Of a stretch of DNA of 64,000 nt, positions 1-17,175 are shown piece after piece; position 1 is the first letter of the stretch; the number at the start of each line of letters is the position of its first letter. The stretch is from the human T2T-CHM13v2.0 reference genome, Homo sapiens. The DNA lies in NCBI RefSeq assembly GCF_009914755.1, contig NC_060931.1. The stretch is one strand, 5' to 3'. The position numbers were made by a program, and so were the translations under genes. Under the pieces are notes generated by a model that ran no database searches, was not told the origin of the DNA, and saw only the letters and a program-made list of their open reading frames with translations.

Positions 1-2822
1 CCAGAGAGGAAAAGGTCTGCAAGACAATGTAAGCTGGTGAGAGTGTTTTTTGTTTTATTTTTTTCCAAAGAAAAGACTAAGATTGGGGTAATGTTCAATC
101 AGTACTTTCAACTTGTCTCTGTTCTTTGAATTCTTTACAAAGAGGAAGGCAAAAACTTGCATAACTATAAATGAATGAAGCAACATGATTACTTTCAAAT
201 TAAATCTACATATTATGGAGAAAAAATGTAGAATGTACATACATAAACCTGTAATTAATGATTTTTTCATAATTCAAATATTTGGAGATAACCACTATTG
301 AAGATGTGTTAAATTCCCCTCCAGCCTTTACAGAATCTTTCATATCTTATTCCAAAAATTCACATTATATTTGAGTTTTACTTAGAAGTCAAACAAATAA
401 TATTATGTCCTATTTCCATTTCTTTAATTAATAAATACTTTTCAATCTCTTTTCAATATCCTGTGCTACCACATTTTGGATGCCGATCCTTTCCTTAGCC
501 CCAAGGTTTGCTGATTTTTATTTAGACATCACTGGACTGAAGAGATGTTTACCAGACTCAGTTCTGTTTGGAAACAAGGCAGGCAATTTTCTGTTTAACT
601 ACTCACTGTCCACTTGGCTCCTTTACTTTTATACTCTCACATATTTAGCCAATGTAAATTTCTATTATCTCAACAGTGATTTAGCCACTTAAGGAATGGG
701 AATCCTATAGAAAGTTCCCAAAGAAAAACACCATCAGTGAAGAGTTTACTTGCTTGTTATTTTTCTCTTTTCTTTTTTCTACGTTTGCTAAAGCTGCTAT
801 ACTCGGGGTCAGGTTTTTGTTTGTGGGTTTTGTTTTGTTTTGTTTTTTATAGCCTTTTTCCCTACAACTGTATGTTTAGACCATCCTCTACATCATGTAG
901 AGTTACGTGTTTTCACTCAGTCCCCTTCCTGATGTTCCTGGCCAGGAACCCTCCACCCTCCTGAGAGTTTACCAGAACTTCTATGCCCCCCATGAGGAAG
1001 CACTGCTCTGTCAGGTAGAAGTATTTGAACTTTAGCACTTTCCTCTAATTCTGCAGCATAGCTAATAAAACATCCTTGGAATTTCCAGTACATTGTAGCA
1101 ACTCTCCTTCTTAGTAGCTTGTGTCGATGAAGTAGTCCAAGTTGTGAGGGTGTAGATATGAGGGACTGGGGAAACCAGAAGGGGAATACAGAGAGAAGAG
1201 ACTGTTGGAACTGAGAGCCAGAATTTGAGCAGCTCTGTAATGGTAAAGCCAGAACAAGTATGATAAGAATAGAATAAAGCTGACACAGCAAAGAGACGTC
1301 CAGTTACTGCCCATACTAACCATCAAATCAGAAAGAGACAGGGTAGTGGAGTACCTTTGTACAGGACCTTTCTGACATGGTGACGGGGTATTGGATTGAA
1401 GAAGGGACAAAACCAAAAGTAGGACCCCAAGGGTTGGATTAGAGCTCCTGAACAAAAATCTGAACACTTGGAACATGAAAGAGCCCATTAGGTATCCACT
1501 TCTGACAGAAAAAGGGTATAAAGTAAAAGTGTCATCACAATAACAAAGCATCAGTTATATGAACTGGCTTAGGTCACAGAAGAATTATAGCAAGACAGAC
1601 TAGATACTGCCTCCCCTGATGTATTCAACCAAGGCTTTGTTAATTTGAGTTAAGCAAAGGTTTATTTGCACAGCCTGATAGATAGCCTATGATTGATTCC
1701 AAATCAGGGTTGAAATAAAAGCAGTTCACTAAAGACATTATATAAGAAATAAACATTTAAATTATGATTTATAAATGATTAGTATAGAAGAGGAAACAGT
1801 CAAAGAGTAATTAGTCCAGAAAGCTGGAAAGATCATCATATATATACTTGCATATATGTGATCTTGAATTTTCAATATTGATTTTAAAAATTCAAAAAAA
1901 ATTTAAAGAGTATTCAAATATTTGAACATACCAGTTTTAAATTTAAAAGTCAACATAATACTCAATTCTATTCAGAAGCATCTTTTATTGATTTATATTA
2001 ATGCAACAACTATTTAAGGGTCTAGCAATTAATAGTTTATAAATAACTAGGTTAAGTTAAATAACGTTAAGTAAAATAATGACCTGATATATATATATAT
2101 ATATATATGTTTATTACATGTTTTCAATGAATGATTTCAATGACTGCTGCCAGCATTATGTTGAAGCATGAAGATATAGTTAGAAATGACAGTCTCTTGA
2201 GATACTAATTCAAAATTAAGTTTTGTCTTAAGTACAATTAAAATCCAAATTAATCATTGAAGTAAGTAGCTTCATCTGATAGAGGTTGAGATAAGCTTAA
2301 TAGAGGAGATAATGTGTGATCTCAGTCTTGATGGATGAGTTAGGATGTTCCAAACAGAGAATAAGGATAAGAGTTTTCCAAGTAAAGGAATCAGCATAGT
2401 GAATGCATGGACAAATTAGAGAATATAGTCTTTGAAACATGGCACAAAATCTCGTGATTGTCTCTTTGGTCTCTTTTGTTGGAGAGTAGAGTCATGAAGG
2501 AAGCATAGGATCTGTCTCTTCCTCTTGTCAAGAGGTCCTCCCTCCTTTGTCAACCTGAATGTGTAGAGTTTTATTTGTTAAAAGAATGGTTATCTTACAT
2601 TGTCTCTAGGGAATTACTTTAGGGATAAATGTCCAGTAAGCATAGAAAATGTGATTATAGATTTCTAGATAAAGACCAATTATGGGAATATGATTTTGGA
2701 GCCATCCAACAGAGGGTAGATGTAGCTATGTAAAGAAATAAGAATACCAAGGAAAGCATGCAATGTTGGAAAACACGGACCAAGAAAAGAATTCCTGCAA
2801 TCATCAACATTTAAAAGGCTAG

Positions 2823-3173
<351 letters not shown>

Positions 3174-3591
3174 TAAAAATGAAAGGAAGAAAGCTTCTAT
3201 TTGAAAATTACTAACACTGTCAGATGCAGCAAGGAAGCAGTGGAGGAAAATGAGTTAAGGAAGACATTTACCAACTAGAAGGCTGTAGGTAACAATAACC
3301 AGTCCGTTTCAACAAAGTGATAGATGCACCTTGAGTGGAAGAGTAAATGGAAGTTGAGGAAGCAAAGATAGCAAATACAGACTATTCGTTCAAGACATTT
3401 TAGAAAATGCTGGAGTCAATAAATCAGCTTGTAGGTTAAGTAAGCTTGAGGCAAAATTTTTGTTTGTTTTATAATTTTTATTTCAGAATAGAGAACTCTA
3501 AAACATTTTTATATTCTGGAAGGTAGAGGTGGATAGAAAAAAAAGGATATTTGGTGGATTAAAGTAATGAAGAAACAAAGAGATGTCATCA

Positions 3592-3912
<321 letters not shown>

Positions 3913-5423
3913 AAGAGTATAGGTGGAATAAATTATCTGAGAAAGAAGAGTGAGGGCTTCATCTGAGAAGGGGAAAGGTAGCACCAAATATTTAAATTTA
4001 GAAGTGAAAGAGAGAGGGAAGTTATGGACTTTTACTTTACGGCCTCCATTTGCCTTTTTAAATAGGAGATATTTCAAATGCTTTGAGTTAGAAAAAGGTG
4101 AAGGCAGCATTGGAGACTTAACATGAACAAAAGTAGCATCTTGTGTACACTTACTACATTCCAGTCCCTAAGGCAGCTGCTTTCCCATTTATGATTCAGA
4201 AAATCCATGTAACTTTGACAAGCTACTCATTAAAATGGAGTCTTAAGTTTATAGGTAAGGAAACTGAAGCTCAACGTGGATATTGACTCAGGGTTACACA
4301 GTTAGTGTGTAGCAGACTTTGGATTTGAAATTTCATGTTAGTCCTAAAGCCTGTATTCTTTTCACTACATTAATCTATTCCCATCCACCCTCCAGAATAG
4401 TAGCAACTTGGACAATGCCAAGAGTTAATTAAGGGCTAAAAAAGATTGACCACATGTATATAGGCTCATCTGAATAACAGTGAAGGCATCTTACAATTGT
4501 CTCTAATGATATTCAGCAGTTTCAAACAGCAGTGGAGAAAACAAAAGTTTCAACAGAACCAAGGCCAATGAATTATAAAGGTGAATACACAGATACACAA
4601 AGAACCAAGTAGTTTGTGGTGACGTTTTGTGAATACCACTGCAGTGAGGTCTCCCCTGTGTCAGAAAAAAGCAAAATCTGGGGGCATTGAAAGACTGAAA
4701 ATGAGATGTCTGCTGACAGCTGAGGATGAAGATCAAATTGAAAGAGTGGAAAAGCAGTGGAAGGTATAGATTCACACAGCAGATGCTGCTTAGACACAAT
4801 TGTTACCAATGTTAAACTCTCTACGTGACCCTTCATAGTTTTACAAAATGCATCAATATAGTATGTAATTTGGGAAAGCAACACATTATAATGAAAATAA
4901 CTTGGCCTTTGACCATGAAGCTCAAGTTCTTCCAGTACTGTATAATAGCATTAAGAAGTGACTTCATTTCTTCCTTTTTACATTTGTTAAATGAGAATAA
5001 CATTTAACACTCCCTTGTGAAGTGTTATGAGTATCAAAATAAATGAACAAAAACAACTGGCACAGGGTATGTACTTAATACACGGTAGCTCTATTTATTA
5101 ATATTTTTATTAGAATAATTTCATTCTTACAATAAGATTGTGAGATAGACAATGTTACTTCACTATATACTATTTTGGATTTAGTTGATGCCCTCTTAAC
5201 TAACTTTGCAAATGAGAAAAAGAGGATTAGAGAGAAAAACAAACTGTCCTGAGGAGATTGGACTAGGATGAGAGAACAGCTTGTTAATTTTGTTCCAGGA
5301 TTTTATTCTATAAATAATGCTGAATCTATATACTGATCAATTAATCAATATAGACTACAAAGTCTGTCAAGTGGTTCAAATATGAGAATATGGGTGGACA
5401 TATAAAACTCTATGCAACATTTT

Positions 5424-5741
<318 letters not shown>

Positions 5742-6478
5742 TCATCTTAGAAGAAGGAAGGTTATCGCTGGAGAAAAGTGAAAGATGAACACGGAAGCTT
5801 ATTTATTTACTCCAACTGCAAAATAGAAAAGATATTTAGCAAGAGAGATAGAAACATTGGAGGCATATCTCTCCAGTGACATTACAGATACAGTTAGAAT
5901 GGAAAATGCTGGAGACGATAGGCCAGTAAACAAAGGCACAGTGGCCAAAGTGGTAAGTGCCGTGCCAAATGATATTTTTCCAACAGTAGGATAACAAAAA
6001 GATTTATTTCTGTTTGAGGCTCATATATTGTTTTTTTCAATTTCTAATAGGAAAATAATGTTAACACAGTGAGTCCTCTTTTTCTACTGAACTCATCCAC
6101 TTTTCTATCTTTCTCTGTCCAGCTGTTTAATCCACACAAACACTCAAAATAAAGTTTCTGGACAAAATATCTATAACAATGTGGAATTTTGAAAGTTAAC
6201 ACAATAAATGAGTAAAATTAGAGTTGACTTATATTTAAAATAATTTCCATGTGGAAAGTAAAACCTGACAAAATTCATCTTGCCAGTCCGGAAAAAGCAA
6301 GTCATTTTAATCAAGCCAATATTTTAATTAGCCCACCAAATTTAACTCTAGGTACATCTGTTCCATATCATGTCCATGAATTAGCAATATAGTGTGTGAC
6401 TGAATTTATAACTAATTCAACTTGACTACACTAATAAAATTCAAGTTACTGTTAAGGAGTCGATGTATTACTTAATCA

Positions 6479-6705
<227 letters not shown>

Positions 6706-7249
6706 TCCAAGAAAGTCCTACCACGCTAGTATATTTTCTCCTTAGAGTCATTGTTTCAGCAAATGTGAAATATATCTTTAGAGTTACATAATTTTAATGT
6801 CTTCAGGTATACTTTTTCAAAATTTCTTCAGATCCTTTAAAGAAAATTTGAAAACCGAATCTGATAACATTTCCAAACTAAAGTAGACTAATGTAGCTGC
6901 TACAAAACATCCACCATTACTCAGTAGCCACATAAGGAAAAGAAATCATCTGGTTGACACAGTATCATAAATGTGAAAAGTGATGAACTAGGATAACATT
7001 AAGTTTTTGGTATGAGAGACAAAAGTTCATACATAGAAAGCCTCAGATTTTTCTTTGTAATTGACTTATTATGGACACTGCCCCTTATATCAAGAATTAT
7101 GTTACAATTACGTCTCAAAGCTCAAAGATAGAAAAGTTAATAAAAATAGCTACCTTATGTTAAGTACTTAATTTACTACTGGCCAAATACAAACATATAA
7201 CTTACAGTTTAGGTTTGAATTTTTATACAATTAAATTTTAAGTTTTATT

Positions 7250-7258
7250 TTTTAAATT

Positions 7259-7289
<31 letters not shown>

Positions 7290-7572
7290 TGAGACAGGTT
7301 CTGGCTCTGTCGCTCAGGCTGGAGTGCAGTGGCGTAATCTTGGCTCACTGCAACCTCCACCTCCTGGGCTCAAGTGATCCTGCTACCTCAGCCTCCTGAG
7401 TAGCTAGGACTACAGGCATGCACCACCACGCCTAGCTAACTTTTGTATTTTTGGTAGAGACAGGGTTTCACCATGTTGTCCAGGCTGGTCTCAAACTCCT
7501 GGGCTGAAGTAATCCTCCTGCCTTGGCCTCCCAAAGTGCTAGGATTACAGGCATGAGCCACCTCGACTGGCC
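7250..7572 (-). mobile_element. Alu (AluJ-like)
   Basis: Dimer with CCTGGGCTCAAG J-type positions and (TTTA)n tail. Confidence 0.92.
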
Positions 7573-8189
7573 TAATTTTTATTTTGGATTTTAAAAATAT
7601 TTTATGCTTAAAATATTTTATATTCATTTTTTATATTTAATTTCATATACATATATAAATTTAATTTTCACTACTGATTTTATGAAGACAATATTATTAA
7701 AAACCTTATAACAGATCTAAACTACAGAGACAAAATAAAAACCCAGGTATTCTTGAATCAAAAGCTTATATCATTAATCTCTACTCCCTCACACACTAAT
7801 GAGAACTATACAGCACATATTTTCTTTCGGACTTAACTTGATTGTCAATAAGTTAAATATCATAATCAGAAAACGTTGGTTTTGTTCTCTCTTCCTGTTT
7901 CTCTTTTCTCACCCCCTAATTACATACATTATACACATATAAATCAACTACTCTCTACTGTTTCCTCCCAATTTTATTTTGGACCTTGTTTTAAATTTTG
8001 TTTTAAACAGCACAGAAGGGGGCCATAAAAAGAATTATCTTTCACTGATTATTTTCTGTATGCTGAGTATTGAATTGGATATTTTATACTTGCTCCCTCA
8101 TAAAATCCCCCAACAAACCCATTTGGCAAATGTCAAACAGCTCTTAAATGGCAAACTGAAGACTTCAGCTCAAAAGTGACTCAAAGCCT

Positions 8190-8925
8190 CAATAAGCATA
8201 TAAAAGGCACACAATTTTCTTGAGCATCAGAAAGATTGGAAATTAAGACCACAATGTGATACAACTATGCAGCCATTAGAATCCTAAGAAAAAGACAGAC
8301 AATGCTTAATGTGGGGTAACTAGAAAACTTATACACCACTTGTGGGCATAAAATAGGTACAATGACTCAAAAATGGTTTAGTAGTATTTACTAAAGTTGA
8401 ACATATGTATCCTCTATGGCACAGCAATTCCACTACTAAAATATACTAACTAAAAACACACCCATAAGTTCACCAAAAGATATGGACAAGAATGCTCATA
8501 GCAGCACAATTACAGCACAATTGCTATAAACAATTAGAATGATCAGAAAAAGTGGGAAAGTAAATTGTGTTATATCCATGTAAATAAATAAAATACAGTA
8601 ATGAAAACACATGAACGAAAACTACACACAACATAGATCAATCTCAGTATAACTGTTGAGCAAAATAAGCTAACCACACAAAAAACACTTGATGTATGAT
8701 TCCATTACATGAAATTCTAAATGAGGCAAAACTAATCTATGATGATAGAAATCATAATAGTGTTTATTTTGGGGGTAGTTATTGAAGGGGGACAACAGAT
8801 TCTGGGGCACTGGTGTTCTATTTATTGATCTAGATGCTGCTTAAACTGATGTGTTCAATTTTTGAAAAAAAATCATAGGTTATCTTTTTTTGTCTGTATA
8901 CTTTTCTTTATTCATTTTATAAGTT
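8190..8925 (+). mobile_element. Old L1 (L1M) 3' fragment
   Basis: Diverged L1 3'-end motifs (CAGCAATTCCACT, ATGATTCCATT, GGCAAAACTAATCTATG). Boundaries approximate. Confidence 0.7.
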
Positions 8926-9094
8926 AACAAAACAGGTGTACTTAACGAATGTCTCTGCTGTTTCTGTTATGCTTAATTTATGTTTTAAAGACCAGAAAAG
9001 TAAAAACAAATACATATTATCATGTTACCACTAAACCGTTCCAAGAGTTGGCAGAATCTATATAATTAAAGAAAAAAGTTGTCAGGAGAGGGGG

Positions 9095-9461
9095 CAATAA
9101 GCTTTGGTTGTGTTCCCCACCCTAATCTCATCTTGAATTGTAGCTCCCATAATCCCCATGGTCATGGGAGGAACCAGGTAGAGATAATTGAATCATGGGG
9201 GTAGTTTCCCCCATCCTGTTAGTGATAGTAAGTTCTCATGAGATCTGATGACATCATAAGGGGCTCTTCACCCTTTGCTCAGCATGTCTCCTTCCTGCCA
9301 TCATGTGAAGAAGGACAGGTTTGCTTCCACTTCCACCATGATTGTAAGTTTCCTGAGGCTTCCTCAGCCATATGGAACTGTGAGTCAATTAATCCTCTTT
9401 CCTTTATAAATTTCCCAGTTTCAGGCAGTTCTTTATAGCAGCATGGGAACAGACTAATACA
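9095..9461 (+). mobile_element. THE1 (MaLR) solo LTR
   Basis: AATCTCATCTTGAATTGTAGCTCCCATAATCCCC...AGACTAATACA, with 5-bp TSD GGGGG on both sides. Confidence 0.9.
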
Positions 9462-11179
9462 GGGGGACTTGCAAATTCCTTTTATAAACACTTTAACCAA
9501 CTTAACCAAAAAAGTGTTTAAAAAAACAAAAATTCACCAAATTTAACTAAATCTTTTACATATTATAATCAAGGCCTGAAATTTTTTAATTTAGACTTAG
9601 AATCTTGGAGTTTTACATCAAGGCATAAATGTAACAAACCCATTCATTTATCTACACATTCATTCATTCCATAGTTATTTACTACTAGATTCTAAGCACT
9701 TAAGGGTTTTGAGGAGGTGCATATTCCTTCTAGTACTTGAGTAGCAAATGCAAATGCCTCTTATTGCCAGGTGGAGATGGCAAACTGGCAAAAAGCCTGG
9801 GTGCAAGTGTGCATTGTGTGCTTGACAGAAACTGTGGAATACTGTTAAGCACATGTCCCATGTGGAAAGTGGGGCTGCAACTACTTAGCACCAACTGGTT
9901 CTTTTCATGTGGGTCCATTGAAAATCACAATTTACTATGTGAAACCAACCGGTTTTTAAAAGTATGCTCTTTGCAAGAAAACAAACAAGAAACACTGTCT
10001 GTGACAAACAAAGCACATCTGTGAGCTGAATTGGGCGTATTGCTGCCAGTTTCTAACGTCTGATCAAACTAAAGAGACATGAATGCTTGCTGGGTCACAA
10101 TTATGAGAAGCTCATTTGCCCTTTAGGTGCCAAAGCACTCAAAGCACCACACTCGTTCTCCTTCTTCTGGTTTGCTGTAGCCTCAGGATTAACAGTTGAA
10201 AAATAAATTGCTTAATTAAATACATTATGGTTTATTCTTACCATGAAATACTAGGCGGGCATTTGAATGAATGAGATAGAATTATATCCATATGTGTATG
10301 TGTATGTATGTGTGTGTGTGTGTCTGTGTGTGTGTGTATGAATGTCCATGAAATATTTTGAGTGAGAATCAACAAAATCAGAATAAGGACTGCAAAATCA
10401 GAATTAGGAATGCCATGGAAGAGGTGGGCAAAGATGGCTTTGGAGCATTTCACTTTTCCTTATTTTGACTTCTTCCATGTATTTATATTTGTTCAAGTGG
10501 GGGAAAAAAAAGCCCTCATAGTGGCTCCCTGTGAATTAAGCCTCCTAGTTCTTTAATTAGTTACAGAGTTCTGGTTCAACATATGCCTCTCCCGCTCCCT
10601 CATTCCCTAGAGGCCACCTGCAGGGCTGCTCAGCAACATAAGCATCACGCTGTTTCTCTCAGGGCCTTCTCTTTGCTCACAGGCAAGGTGAGCAGAGTGA
10701 AGGTGCAAGAGAGTGAGGTTTCTTACTAACTGCCTCACACACAGGAAGGATGCAAAAGAGTGATCCATAAGTGACATTTGTCAAGAAGTCTACCTTTCTA
10801 ATAGCTTTCTTATAATCATTTTCAGACAAAAACTAGCACAAGGAATCCTCTTTTCCTTCCCATCAGAAAATCATTTAACTAGCTTTCACTAATAAGATTG
10901 ACAGGAGAGGAAGGCCAGAAGGAACAATCCCTCTATTCTAGAACATTTTTAAATAACCTTGGATGTTTTAAAATCACAAAAATAATAGACTGCAAGCTTC
11001 TGGAGACAGTGTCAGGCTCACCTTTTAATGCCGTGGGGAACACAGCACTGCCTTTTCTATTAGCTGCACTGAAAAGTATCTTTTGATTTCAGTAAAGAAA
11101 GCAGAAGAAACAATGTAGAAAATGGCATACTCCAATGGATAAAATGCATAATTTATTTTAAAGTATTGGTTTCCATTGA

Positions 11180-11490
<311 letters not shown>

Positions 11491-12144
11491 TGGATATTTA
11501 TTGGGTAGCTACTATGTTAGTGTAAATAATTATCTGTTTCGCATTTAACTTTCAATATCAACTCCAATGCGTAAAATAATCCCATTCTCCCTACTGAAAA
11601 AAAAAAAAAAGTACCATTGTCAGGTAATCTCTATTTTTATGGCCCGTAATCTCCATTACATTTCTAGCAAAAGACAAAACAAAAGAAACAAACAAAACCA
11701 TATACAGTAATTAGTCTGCAGAATGAAAAACTCATAGACTGAGACCAAAACAAAACATATTCTGACTTCATAGGGGAATACTCATTACCTTCTAACCACT
11801 TACTTGAAATGAAAATATTAAAAATTACCATAATTTTTAAATCAGTAAAACATTTCTATATATTATTTTCACATAAATGGATCAAGAAATTGCAGGCCAG
11901 TCATTCTTCACATCATGTGACCAAAAAGTTTATAAAAGTATCTTGGTACAAATTATAATCTGGACATTTTTGTTAACTAAAGTCTAGTTTAATATATAAA
12001 AATTATCTGAAAGTATAATGTTATAAAAATGTAAATATTCATATATTTATTCTATTAAATTGGCTATTACCCACTCTAGATTTTTACAAATTATTTTAAA
12101 ATGGTTATCTTTAATATTTTTACCTACTATTAAAGATAATTTTG

Positions 12145-12517
<373 letters not shown>

Positions 12518-13686
12518 TTAAAATAACAGATTTGGAAATCTTCAGAATTTCAGGGGTTTAGAATTGGGTGCAGGAAGAGTTGATATTAAAGAAAGTGGTT
12601 TGTAAAATTAAGATATGCATATTTATTTGTGAAAGGACAAAGAATATTAAATGCATGGCTATAATGATCTCAGTTGTGAAAGAGAAAAGGCACATTTCAG
12701 TCACATAATGGGTGACTTTTTGAACCTCAAAAACTTACAAGTTTTGTTGAATATCCCAATGAGTTTACTTTGTACTATAAGCAGAAAAAAAAGTTAAGAA
12801 ACAAATATTTATAAAATACTTTTGAGGAAAACATCTGATTTTAAAATTCATGTATTTGTAGCATGTATGCTTTATTTGGAATAATAATCATGGCCTAAAA
12901 ATATATTTTCAATATTTACTTAAAATATGGTGTTCAAGCTCTCAGGGATCGATGAGATAACGTGTAACACATATGACTTTAAAAGGCAAGAACATTATGT
13001 CTAAATAGTAATCTCCTGCTGTCACATTACAAAATATTTAACTACAGAATACAAGCAACTGGAAGACATCATTTCCAGTCTATAACATTTAACTGTGGGC
13101 TACCTTTTAAAAACATTATTTGTGTAAAGTATCTACATATTTTCAGAGAGATTTGTACTCTCAGAGGTATATGTATAACCCTTATGATTTTGAAGCCAAT
13201 ACTATCCAAATAGCTGTGCTGCTACTTTCTGCACTAGAGGAAACTTTTATCAAAACCATACACTGAAAATCACAGAGTACATTGTTGATTATCTTTGAGG
13301 CAAAATATATTTGCATGACTAATTTAGCCTGCATACTTAAAACTTAATATAAATATGCTCTAAATAAATATAGACTGAGAAAATATACTGTACCCTGTTA
13401 AAATATGGCAGCAGTCTATATTCAAATGCTTATGCCCTCAAGGACAATCAAATTTTCCGAGGTTTGAGCAGAAAAATTCTGCAGATGGCCCACACATTCA
13501 TCCCTTAATCTTTGCAAGGAGAAATGCAGTTTTCTTTTAAGAGGAGCACTACAAAGTTCTAAAAAAGAACAGCTTCATTTCTCATCTTTCATTCTGGGCC
13601 TATGCCTTGCCTCTCCCAGAAACATTTTCTAAAAATACCTGTATTAATGCAACCTTTCTTTAACATGTAAGATATGGAAAGAATAC

Positions 13687-14265
13687 TGTGGTGGGTAGAA
13701 TGCTTATGATGTTCAAGAATCCCACTCTCAAATATAGCTGTACGACACGATCCCCTTCCTCTGGTGTAGGCACACCTGCGAATACGGTAAGAAATCACTC
13801 CTTATACTACTTTATATGGCAAACGTGATGGGATAGTCATTGTCATGATGAAGCTGTGCTGTATGATTCCCTCTTAGTAAACTGAACAGAAAGATTTGCC
13901 TGCTGGTCTAGAAGAAGTATGCAGCCATGTTATGACAGGGCCGCATGGCAAGGAACTGCATGTGACCCCTAGGAGTTGACAGCAGCCCCTGGCTGATAGC
14001 CATCTAGAAAATGAGGACCTTGGTCTTACAACTGCAAGGAAGTGAATTCTGCCAATAACCTCATGAACCCGGAATATGACCCTGAGCTCCAGAAAGATTG
14101 CAACACCTTGATTTCAGCCTTGGGAGACCTTTAGCAGAGGAGCCAACTAAACAGTGCCTGGACTCTCACGTCCCACAGAAACTGTGAGATAATAAGTGTG
14201 TGAAGCTGTGTTTTAATCAGCTACATTTTTGGTAATTTGTTTGCAAGAAAGAAAATACAAATAGT
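13687..14265 (+). mobile_element. MLT1 (MaLR) LTR
   Basis: CAACTGCAAGGAAGTGAATTCTGCCAATAACC, ACACCTTGATTTCAGCCTTG and GAAACTGTGAGATAATAA motifs. Boundaries approximate. Confidence 0.8.
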
Positions 14266-14766
14266 AACGTGCTAATATTCTTGTGCTAAAGTCGTCTCAT
14301 TCTTAAGAGAAATGTTGGCTGTTAAGTAATGAAAACCATTTTAATTTTGCAAGAGTTCAAGGTCTTTGCCAATTCTCTAGAAATATGTGCTTTATACCTA
14401 AAACTCTGTTTCTTATTGTCTGAGCATCTACATTCAACACATAATTTCCATTTTCTTTGAGATGTGAGTAAAATCAGAGGTAGACATAAACTTGTAGTAG
14501 TTTATATTTGTATCACTTGTTACTGTTTAAAAAGTGCTCTGAGACTTTTGAGAGAATAGCAGCAGGGACACTCATTTTATTCTCCATGAAATCCCCCCAT
14601 AAAAACAGAGGGATTAAGTAGGATGCAAAATCAAAACCTCATCAACAACGCCTGTAGCAAAAAATAAATAATTTAAGTTTTCTCTATCTGCTATTCTAAG
14701 AAAAATCTTCTTTCAGCATTCTTAGACTTTTTATGTTTTTCTCCATATTTCTTTAACGACTCTATT

Positions 14767-15097
<331 letters not shown>

Positions 15098-16879
15098 ACG
15101 ACTCTATTTCTTGATTAAATTAATGATATTATTACATTTATTATGTCACTATTCAGTAATCTCCTTTCTAATTACTTATCCCCTTACTAAAACTGTACCA
15201 TTGATACTATTAACTATCATTTTAAAACTTTTCTTTTTCAAATGTAATTCGGATTTTGCACTAACCTGATTTGCCTTATATCCAATTTTTCTCTGAGTGC
15301 TCATGACACTCCCTAGACATTCTACCACCACCTAAATAATGGCACTTTTCAAGTTATTTTGGGAAAGTGAGAGTGAGAAAAGAAAAGTAAGAGCAGAATG
15401 ACAGAGACAGACAGAGAGAGAGAGAGAAGACTCTCAGAGGAAACTATTAACTACTCCCCCAGGGTTTAATAATTCAGTCTATTCTGAGAACACCCTCTCC
15501 TAGCTCCAGATTCATTCTTTCAAATAACCATAAGTGAAAATGAAAAAATTAAAACAGAAATAAATACTGGACATCTGTTAGATTCTTACAAAAACCTACC
15601 CTGCTTCCATAGCTCTCTCTTGCTTGTAAGAACTTTGTATTTCTTCCCAATCAGCAAGAAATAAAATTAGAATTGCTTTTTAATTCCCTTTCATGTTTGA
15701 CATCAGACAAAATGCTAAGTTACAGAAACTCTCCTGCTGAGCAGCTTCTCACTTGAGTTCAACACTTCCTTTTCTTTCCTATTGCAACAACAGTGTTAAA
15801 TACCTTCATGATCTCTCATAACGATCATGTAATAGCCTCCTTAAATTTCTCTGCTTTTCATCTCTCCCTGCTTGAATCAATCTTAAATATTATGAATGTC
15901 TTGTCAATCAAATACTCTGTTCAAAACTCCATCGTCTCCGTGCTGTCTTTACAATAACACAAAATGCCAATGTGTAGTATTAAAATCTTCCACCAACTTA
16001 TCCCAGTTTTATCTCCTGCTGTTCTCTAACCAACATAAATTTCTGCAAACCGATTCCATACATCCCTGCCTCTTAGCTGCTTAATCAAAGTATTCTCCTT
16101 GCCTAAATGATTTGTAACTTTTAATTCCCTCATGTAAAATTGCATCAAGCCTTTAAATGGTGTTTTGGGGATAAATCTCATACTGCTTTTATTATCGGAT
16201 GGTCACCAGTTTCTCTTGTGACATATATATATATAATTTTTTCAAAATATATTATATCTGATATTTAGATAATTATGTGGGATATTATTTCAATCATATA
16301 AACATTCAACTATTGGAATTTGAAATAATATTCAATCATATTTAAAGATTCTAATATGACTCAAATATTTCAATCATATTTAATATTTAGGTAATTATGT
16401 GATATAAAGTTATTCAATATCATGTGTATGAAGTGGAAGTACACCAAGTTCCAGTTCTGCTAATGATAATGCATCTTACATTGGACAAATCTTTCAAAGA
16501 AAATGATGATAAACTATATATATGTATATATATTTATTTATTTTTAAAAACTTCTAGAAGGCACTGGAGATCAATTAAGAATAGACAAAGACTAAAGAGA
16601 TTTTTCACTTGAGGAAACCCCTTAATTCATGTGGAAATGAATGGCTAGAACTCAAGCAGAAAAATGAGTGGTGAAATCTAGAAGCTGTGGTATGTACCCT
16701 TATAAATTATCTTCAACATCCCTGTCCAACATCTGAACCGTATGTGCAAGCAAATGAAAGGTAGTGCCTGGAAAGTTGAAAAAGGTAACTACTGCCCATT
16801 GCAAGTTTACATGGGCTAATATACCTTTCAAGTAAACTACGCTGTGTATGGTACATCCAACGGGGTGAGCTTAGTAGCA

Positions 16880-17135
16880 CATTGGAGATATCAGGAGAAA
16901 TAGTACATGAATTTGAATATAAATCAATAGAATTTTTCCAATCTGAAAAGCAGAGGAAAAGAAGGTTGAATAAAAATGAACTGTGTGTCTTAGATCAATG
17001 CCTAGAAGTCTAATAAATATATATATTTTTCTTTTTTGTTATATATATGATTATATGTTATATATAATAATATATATAGTTATATATAACAAATATAAAT
17101 ATATATGTATATATGTATATATATACACATATGTA

Positions 17136-17175
<40 letters not shown>

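Noticed and set aside
917-1551. Overlapping 124-146 aa minus-strand ORFs
   Set aside because: No recognisable domain or splice support; the region may be an old repeat I cannot name.
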